This document shows positions 55,905 through 64,000 of a stretch of 64,000 nucleotides of DNA, piece after piece (the first letter of the stretch is position 1; every line of letters begins with the position of its first letter). The position numbers were made by a program, and so were the translations under genes. The notes beneath the pieces are model-generated. The model saw nothing but the letters and a program-made list of their open reading frames with translations, did not search any database and was not told where the DNA came from. This DNA is from Octopus vulgaris. Lineage: Eukaryota. The stretch spans positions 102,796,001-102,860,000 of the forward strand of contig OX597819.1 of NCBI GenBank assembly GCA_951406725.2. Reading direction: 5' to 3'.

Positions 55905-56142
55905 AACAAAGGGTAAAATTAATTAATTAATTAGTAATTAATAATTCCACCAAGTAGTGTTCAGCATGTTTAAAGGACCATTTACGGTAAACTTAAACAT
56001 TACTTTTTATAATTATGAATATAATTATAATTAGGGTTCAGCAAAAGAAAAACATTTGCTTTGCCACATACTGAACTTTTAGAAATAGCAGCCAAAGAAC
56101 TTAGAAGAAATAGCTAAGTTCTTTGGCAGCTATTTTTAAAAG
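55905..56142. mobile_element. Truncated relative of the 46652 element ending in a 29-bp-arm hairpin
   Basis: Shares cagcatg, taggg and aaatagcagcca in the same order with 46700-46797. Hairpin arms 56076-56104 and 56114-56142. Confidence 0.5.
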
Positions 56143-56777
56143 ATTCTAAACCTTTTTTAAAGAAACTTCATCAATGTTCATTCTCACGATTTCGGTGCCT
56201 GTGTATATGCAATGAAGTAGTTTGACTTTAGAGTTCCATTATAGCGTAAGGCATTACTTATAGCAATAACCTTTGATATAATAATGTATTTTATATTGAA
56301 GGAAAACAGTTATATACTTTGTATCAATTTTTTTCTCAATTGATTTTACACGCTGGCTACTTGATAAATCTTATATAGATTTTATCCTTATATATAAGAG
56401 AGAGAGAGAATGAGAAATAGATAGATAGATATTTAGTCAGCTAGCTAGATAGATAGATACACATACATACATATTCACACATTGCATATTTTTTTTTACA
56501 TGTATATTTGTATACAACAATGTGTATGTGTGTGTGGAAATCCATTTAGAAAATGACATAGCGGAATGCGTCTCAACATAATTTAGTGTCCTAATTAGAT
56601 CTTTGTGAAATGACACATCCCAAGGGACGGTTTGTGTCACATTCGACAAGGTCTTGTTATTGTAAGAAATTGGTCATATCGTTGGTTGTTGTATAAATGA
56701 GTAAAGTATGTACGTGTATATTGTTGCATCAACTGGAAACGTGTAGTCGAACATATTGTTTATACGTCTATATATAT

Positions 56778-56846
<69 letters not shown>

Positions 56847-57063
56847 TATACACGTGCACACACACACTGATATAGATAGAGATGTGTGTGCGTTCAGAAA
56901 TTCAGAAATTCGCACATGTATGTGTGAACACAGATACGTACATGTTTCCAATAAGATTAGTGTCAAACACATGTTGAAACAAATACATATGTATGTACTT
57001 ATGTATATGTATATGCATGAACGCAGGTATGTATGCATGTATGTTTGTATGTATGTATGTATG

Positions 57064-57190
57064 TATGGATGGATGGATGGATGGATTGGAGGATGGATGG
57101 ATTGGAAGATGGATGCATGGATGGATAGATGGATGGATGGGTGGATGGATAGATGAATGGATGGATGGATAGATGGACGGATGGATGGAT
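57064..57190. repeat. (GATG)n microsatellite
   Basis: Seen directly. Confidence 0.9.
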
Positions 57191-57803
57191 CGTTGTGTAT
57201 GTGTATCCATATGTGTTTGACAACGTTTTTCTATAATTTGTTAGAAATTTAGAATTACGAAAGCTTTTCTGCTGATTTCGCAAACAATGACCAAATGATT
57301 CTGACGAAATGCGAACCTTACATGTCATTTAGTGATCAACAATTCACCCGTAATTGATTGCTTAATAGGTTTGATAGTTACGTACTTTACCACTAATAAG
57401 AAGTGCATATAGTTTAATTGGGCTCTCAAAAAACATACGTTTGAACACCCGTGTGCTGATTGAGATTATTGAATAATTACCATCAAAAATGTTGTCAACT
57501 ACAAGCACATAGGATAGATAAATAAATTAATAAGTACATAAATACAAAAGGAGGTAAAGATAAAAGTACAAGCATGTAACTATATTACATTTATATTTGT
57601 TTTGCAAGATTCATAATGTGAAATCGTGTATTGAAACAGATATAATCTTGTAATAGGTTTCTTCGAATACAAAATCGGTTTCGACGATTGTTTGCGTGTC
57701 AATAGAAAAAATGAATAAATAAAAGGGTTTAGGAGAGTTTCAAGTTTCAAGGTATAATTCGGTAATACATCTATACAAATTCTGAGGAATATATATATAC
57801 ATG

Positions 57804-58062
57804 AGAGCACTCCGTCGGTTACGACAACGAGGGTCCCAGCTGGTACGATCAACGGAGCAGCTTACTCATGAAATTAACGTGCTAGTGGCTGAGCACTCCA
57901 CAGACACCTAACCTTGACGTAGTTCTCAGGGGGATTAAGCGTTACACAGAGTGGGATAAAGCTGGACATTTGAAATACAAAGGGAAAAAAGAGCCCTTTG
58001 TATTTCAAAGGTACAACTCATTTTTGCCAGCTCAGTGGACTGGAGCAACGTGAAATAAAGTG
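57804..58062 (-). mobile_element. SINE family D, 5'-truncated
   Basis: Reverse complement of 34580-34807. Confidence 0.8.
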
Positions 58063-58346
58063 GTGTACAGTAAAACTCCAATAGGAGTTTTATCGACCCT
58101 TTTTTGAGACAGTTAAGATGAAAAGTGAGTAAATTAATGGTAGGTGTCCGATAGATCTAGAGAATTGTGTTCCACTGTTTTCGGGTAGGGTAGTTGCAAT
58201 GCCCTTTTCGAAAAGGATTCTGAGTTTTCTAAGAATATTGTGCTTGCAATTAATAATCAAATAGTTTCCTTTGTTAAGAAGTTCTGCGCTTGACTGTAAG
58301 TAATAATTTGCTTCCTGGTTACACATTTGTCGTTGGTCATGCTTTA

Positions 58347-58392
<46 letters not shown>

Positions 58393-58534
58393 TAGGTATC
58401 AGTTAGAGGGTTTTAAAAGATTTAAGGGATAATTAAATCCAAAGTCGCTCCTGGTTATTACCTGTGTAGGTACAGTCTTTTGTAAGTTTGTTCGGTAGAA
58501 GGTGGTTCGGTTGGTAAGCCGTAGTTTAGGTTAT

Positions 58535-59202
58535 ATAGGAGAAGAAAATGGATATAATAACAATGGAAAACTCGTGGTTTTCGCTAGTATGCCTTTAATT
58601 TAATTAGATAACAAAGAAGGAAGAAGCAGAGATGAAGGTAGCATTTACGATCGTTTGAAGTTACTGGAGTTAGTAAATCTCTTCAGAATGCGAATATAGA
58701 TAGATGCATCGGTTAGGATGCGAAAATAATTGATACATATGTGATGGTAATATAAACGAAGGTCGTAAGTCTTACATTAAATTTTGTTCTTGCGCTGGTA
58801 GATCCGCTAGGTAGAGGTTTGATTGTAGACTGGTTAGTTTCATTGGGTAATTAGGACGGGGTGAGTATTATTTAGGTGCGGTGTTCCTAGTTTAATCAAG
58901 CGCATTTTTTCCGCGCGTGTGTATTCGGTCTGTTTACCAGCGCAAGAACAAAATTTAATATAAGACTTACGACCTTTGTTTATATTACCATCACATATGT
59001 ATTAATTATTTTCGCATCCTAACCGATGAATCCATCTATATTCGCATTCTGAAGAGATTTACTTACACCATAAAATTGAAACGATCGTAAATGCTACCGT
59101 CATCTCTGCTTCTTACTTCTTTATTATCTAATTAAATTTAAAGGCATACCACCGAAAACCACGAATTATCCATTGTTACCATATTCATTTTCTTCTCCTG
59201 TA
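58535..59202. mobile_element. Long foldback element (~270-bp arms) with hammerhead motifs in both polarities
   Basis: Arms ~58535-58806 and ~58926-59202. HHR at 59044-59094(+) and its inverted copy at 58641-58691(-). Region lies between (TA)n and (CA)n. Confidence 0.88.
59044..59094 (+). ncRNA. Minimal type-I hammerhead ribozyme motif with intact core
   Basis: GCAUU-CUGAAGA-GAUUU[ACUUACACCAUA]AAAUU-GAAAC-GAUC-GUA-AAUGC. Stem I 5 bp, perfect palindrome ACGAUCGU as stem III, GUA site. Confidence 0.85.
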
Positions 59203-59436
59203 CACACACACACACACACACACACATGCTTTCCTAAATAAAATTGCCCTGCATGTTTGAATCTAATCAACTGCATTGCATCCTACCGGAGAAACAGTAG
59301 TATACAACCGAGATTCATTCATCAATAACTTTAGTTAAAATTGTATATATATGTTGTATATATATTCATATATTTACATACGTACACATGTGTAAATATA
59401 TCTGTGAATTAATATGATTGTGTGTAGAACAATATA

Positions 59437-59736
59437 TTAATCAATGAAATCTCAACTTAGTCTGAATTCCACGTTTTATTTTTTGTTATTGTTACAAATT
59501 TACAATTTTAGAATATTGAAATAAGTACTTTTATGCATTACGCAGTCATCAGGTTTATGTAGTGACACTCCTTTTCCAGAATTGGCACAGTTGTTAATTT
59601 AGGAATACGACTGTCACTACATAAACCTGATGATTGCATAACGCATGAAAGTACTACTTTATTTCAACATTGTAAGCTTATAAAAATTGCAAATAATAAG
59701 ACGGAAAAATCAAACTAAGTTGGAATTTCATTGATT

Positions 59737-59738
<2 letters not shown>
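59437..59738. mobile_element. Foldback element (~130-bp arms) with hammerhead motifs in both polarities
   Basis: Arms 59437-59567 and 59612-59738. HHR at 59621-59662(+) and decayed inverted copy at 59521-59558(-). Followed by (TA)n. Confidence 0.85.
59621..59662 (+). ncRNA. Minimal type-I hammerhead ribozyme motif
   Basis: AUAAAC-CUGAUGA-U-UGC[AUAAC]GCA-U-GAAA-GUAC-UA-CUUUAU. Palindromic stem III AGUACU, CUA site, one C.C mismatch at the base of stem I. Confidence 0.72.
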
Positions 59739-59789
<51 letters not shown>

Positions 59790-59794
59790 ATACA

Positions 59795-60060
59795 CAGTGG
59801 TTAAGGTGTTGTATTCACGATTGCGAGATCGTGGATTCGATTCCCAGACCGGTCTTGCGTTGTGTTCTTCAGAAAACAACTTCATTTCACGTTGCTCCGT
59901 GATTACTTCGGCATCTGACATGTGGAACCCTGTTGCACCTGAACATGTAATGTCGATTTGATGGAGGGAGTGAGCTTATGTCTACACAAACATTCGATCA
60001 CTATATGCAAATCACGTCTGTGGTTGTTCGGTAAGAAACTGTGGATCCTCATACGTCGTC
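59795..60060 (+). mobile_element. tRNA-derived SINE related to family D
   Basis: agtggttaaggtgttgtattcacgatt...ggattcgattccc...ttcacgttgctcc. Confidence 0.7.
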
Positions 60061-60524
60061 TATATATACACGCGCGCTCACTCACGAAACGCACGCACCC
60101 ACACGCACACATAAACGCATATACATTCGTAAATCATCCAGAATTCTAGCAAAAACATAAGATTTATGTCTTGTACTACATATATTAGATATATTGCAGA
60201 TAATTTTATTCGATAGAAATTGCAGTAGTTAAGTTATGAAAAGGAGTTACAAAAATACATACTTTGGCGTACAATTTCAGTCTTCACTTTAATTTCTACC
60301 CACACTTGTACATCTTCGACACATATGTACACGTTCTGTGTAAGGTGTAAATGAAGGAAGATCTCTCATGAGAAAACTTGCTGTGGAATATCAGAATTAA
60401 AGGTTTTCTATTCAACGGCTGTTGCTTACCGCGACATACCACGTTTTTCGGCGTTTTATATTTCATACGCCTTCACAAAACATACACACTCATACCTAAA
60501 TAGATACGTGTTTGTGTATATATG

Positions 60525-60560
<36 letters not shown>

Positions 60561-60562
60561 TA

Positions 60563-60612
<50 letters not shown>

Positions 60613-60625
60613 TACATACAAACAT

Positions 60626-60686
<61 letters not shown>

Positions 60687-60724
60687 CAAACATACACACA
60701 TATATATATATATATATATATGTA

Positions 60725-60777
<53 letters not shown>

Positions 60778-60936
60778 GGCTTGATTCAATGTAAATTTGT
60801 AACATTATATACATGGACACCAAGATAGCTTATACATATGGTCACAAAGACACAAATATATTTATGTATATGTAACTACATATAAGTATAGATATGTATG
60901 TATTTGTAAGTGTATTCATACATGCGTACATACATT

Positions 60937-60985
<49 letters not shown>

Positions 60986-61415
60986 GCATACATATATATA
61001 TATATATATATATATACATACATGTTTATATGTGAGTGTGCATCCTAACATAAACTCACATACACACTCACAAACGCACACACACACACACACTCTAATT
61101 ATAGAATGAGAGAAACAAAGAGAGAGAAAGGAAGAAAAAAAACAACGAAAAGTGGATGAATCCAAGAATAATATGATTCTTCATATATTTAGGATCAAAT
61201 GTATACTTATTTGCATATTCGCCTTTATACATCTACACAAGAAGATTCACACTTTGTACACGTCATTTGTATTTGTGTGTGTGTACGTGTGTGTATACCT
61301 ATGTGTATATATAAACCTACATACATACACTCATATATATACTTATACATTTACATAATTATAAATATATATATCTATATATACACATATACCTATATAC
61401 ATACATATATATATA

Positions 61416-61449
<34 letters not shown>

Positions 61450-62252
61450 CTGTATTTATGTATTTATGTATATATATTTTTATTCATATGTATACTGTGC
61501 GTGTTTTTCTGAATGTTTATATGTAAATACATATAACCATATACATACAAGTAGTATATGTACGTACATATTGGTTTTAAAAATGCGAAGGAAGAAAAAA
61601 ACGTAGCTGCCAATTTCTCTATTTATTTGCTTACACAGCTGTAAGTCGGCGTTAGCGTTGTCATTCTAGCTATTGGTTCTGTTGTGTTTGCGGTGTTTTG
61701 TATTTACGCAGAATACATATACATGTATATGGTGTGTGTATGTGTGTGTTTATGTGTGAGTGTGTGTATGGATATGTTTGTGTGTGTGAATGCGTTTGAA
61801 TGTGTTTGTGTGTGTGTATTTGTGTTTTTGTGTCTGTGTGAAAGTATTTGTGGTTCTCAGTCTCCATTTACCTGAATTCATAAGATTTGCTTTTTAGTAT
61901 ATATGTGTGCGTGTGTAAGCATGCAAGTGTCTGTACGTATGTGTGTGTGCGTACGCTTTATCTGTGCCTTAGTCTGTGTTGTAATATATCTGTTCATAAA
62001 TGCAAGACTTAAATATCATCCATTCTTAACCGCAAAACCAACTACATGTGTGCGACTACAATGTCAAAAACATTAGAGATCAGCTGATTTTCTATAAATA
62101 TCAGCTAAATATTCGTAAAGTGAACGTAGAATAATAAAATGTTTAATTTTCTAGTCCTAGATTTATTATATTAGTATATTAGGCAGGTTAGTCACGGTTG
62201 GAATGTCTTTGCTCACTGGCTTCTAGGAGCCGGGGCTTCTGGATCATTACAA

Positions 62253-62765
62253 TCTATATATATAAAACTGTAGTTGTGTGAGTGTCTGTCCCCTTCGATT
62301 TAGATTCCTAACTACTCCCACATTTTGCGGTGCAGTTTAACCAAATTCGGTTATCTTATAGTCGTGATTCACATCGAGCCCGTCTATGTATTAGCGCGCG
62401 TCTACGATGAGTCTACGATTTTAAAAATAATTTAACATCATTTTTTATTCCATTTTAATGCATAATTTTTCGTGTGTCGATGTCGGCGGAGTTGGCGTCC
62501 ATGTTCACACCTGCACCTGTTTGCTTCTCCCCCTTCTTCCCTCCCTCGTGAAGCTGTGGGGATGGGAGTGTAAGGAAATCAACGTCGTAAAGCGTTGTCA
62601 AGGAGACCAGCGTTCTTTTAGAACAACGACTTCATGGCTTGAAGACACCAAAACAGAAATGGCTAAGAAAGCCCGAATTGGCATCTATAAGGGAAGTAAC
62701 TCTCTAAAAATGCTTATATAGTTATTTCCCTTACAAACCCGAGCAACGCCGGACGATACTGCTAG
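62253..62765 (+). mobile_element. Non-autonomous Helitron, copy 2
   Basis: A|TCTATATATATAAAA start, 3' hairpin-like cccgagcaacgccgg then CTAG|T. Inserted between A and T with no TSD. Confidence 0.9.
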
Positions 62766-64000
62766 TATTAGATAAAAATGCCTTGCGCTATTTATTTATT
62801 TACGGTTATATACATCGGAGCTCAAACCCCGCTGAAGTTTCTTTGCTTTTCATCCTTTCCTGGGCACTCAAATAAGATACGAGGCAAGTACTTGCACGGA
62901 ATGTTTTTTGTCTTTTGTGTGTGTTTTATACGAATGAATTGTTGTAAAAGATCAAACATGAAACTACAGTTACAAGCATTGGCGAGAATATCACAAAGAT
63001 TGTCATCGAACAGGATACTAACCCTTTCGCAAAAAAAAAAACACTAGCACCTTGAAAGAGAAGGATCCATTGGATAACATAATGATAAGTAGAGGTTAAC
63101 TGGGGTTGGAGTTTAAATTACTCCTTTTATTTACCCCTCTGATCGAGAAGTGTGACACTTCACACTCACATATATATAATTAAGAGACAAGCAAAGCAGA
63201 AGACCAAGTTTTCAGAAAACGTAACAAATTCACTGAAGAAGTTTCTCTGGGACAAAAATAACAGTATGTGATACAGTTTTATGTTAGTTCAAACATCAAA
63301 TAAGATACGTGTAGTGCAGTTTTTATCATATATAGTTCTAAATGCTTACATTGTAATAAAATGAGTCTAGCCATCTCTTGCACAAACCAGTGCTTTGTTT
63401 GCTGTCTTCTATATATAAGAACCAAACTGCCCTAGTATATCCGGAAAAGTCCGCCCCTGAGGAGGCAGTATTAAGTGCAAACACAGGTGTCTTCCCGTCC
63501 GCTGGCGTTAATTCATAATGGGCTAAGTTTCAGACAAACAGTCTTTCAAGAGAAGTTTCTGTAGGATAAAATAATAAACTCTGCTAGTGTCGGTACATTA
63601 TGTAGGTACGTTATAAATGGTATACCAATCGGTATGTTATTCTCAAGCTATTTGAAAGTTGTACATCAGTTTTTGATTTGCTTTGCTCTTTCAGCATGAA
63701 ATAGAAACAAGGAGTATTATAATGCAATGGATCTCACTCCAGAAAATAACAGTTCTTGCTTATTTATAATTTATGTTGCTTCATTACTTTATTTATATGG
63801 AAACAATAACAGAGTCCTCTAACAGAACTGTATTTTCAATATCCTCAACCAGTATCAACTTTTTCATTACATAAAGTGTTAGCGTCGGAAATATGCGATT
63901 ATGCCCTAATAGATGCTGTTACTGTTCATAAATATTTACTCGGCAGTTTCTGCTGAAGTTTATAAGGTTCAGAGTTTACGGATAAGTTCCAGATTTCGTG

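Noticed and set aside
63452-63497. CUGAGGA-GCA..UGC-AAAC-ACAGGU-GUC
   Set aside because: The G of GAAA is missing and stem I does not pair.

Overview
AT-rich eukaryotic DNA, intergenic or intronic, with no host exon I can support. The dense (TA)n/(CA)n/(TAA)n microsatellites and tRNA-derived SINEs resemble an Octopus/coleoid cephalopod genome (inference). The window holds decayed non-LTR retrotransposons (R4/Dong-like in (TAA)n, HERO-like, L1/Tx1-like, CR1/Jockey-like, RTE-like), a Tc1/IS630-type transposon with long TIRs, a maT-like fragment, a mariner MITE, two copies of a non-autonomous Helitron and many SINEs. Nearly all supplied ORFs are microsatellite artefacts. The main unexplained signal is a set of at least 7 sequence-distinct minimal type-I hammerhead ribozyme (HHR) motifs plus decayed ones, each with stem I, CUGANGA, stem II, GAAA, a very short mostly palindromic stem III and NUH. 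They lie in short non-coding elements, mostly next to (TA)n, that often fold back as long inverted repeats, and two foldbacks carry the motif in both polarities. This fits a diverse population of non-autonomous Penelope-like or retrozyme-like retroelements. Folds were read by eye and activity is untested.
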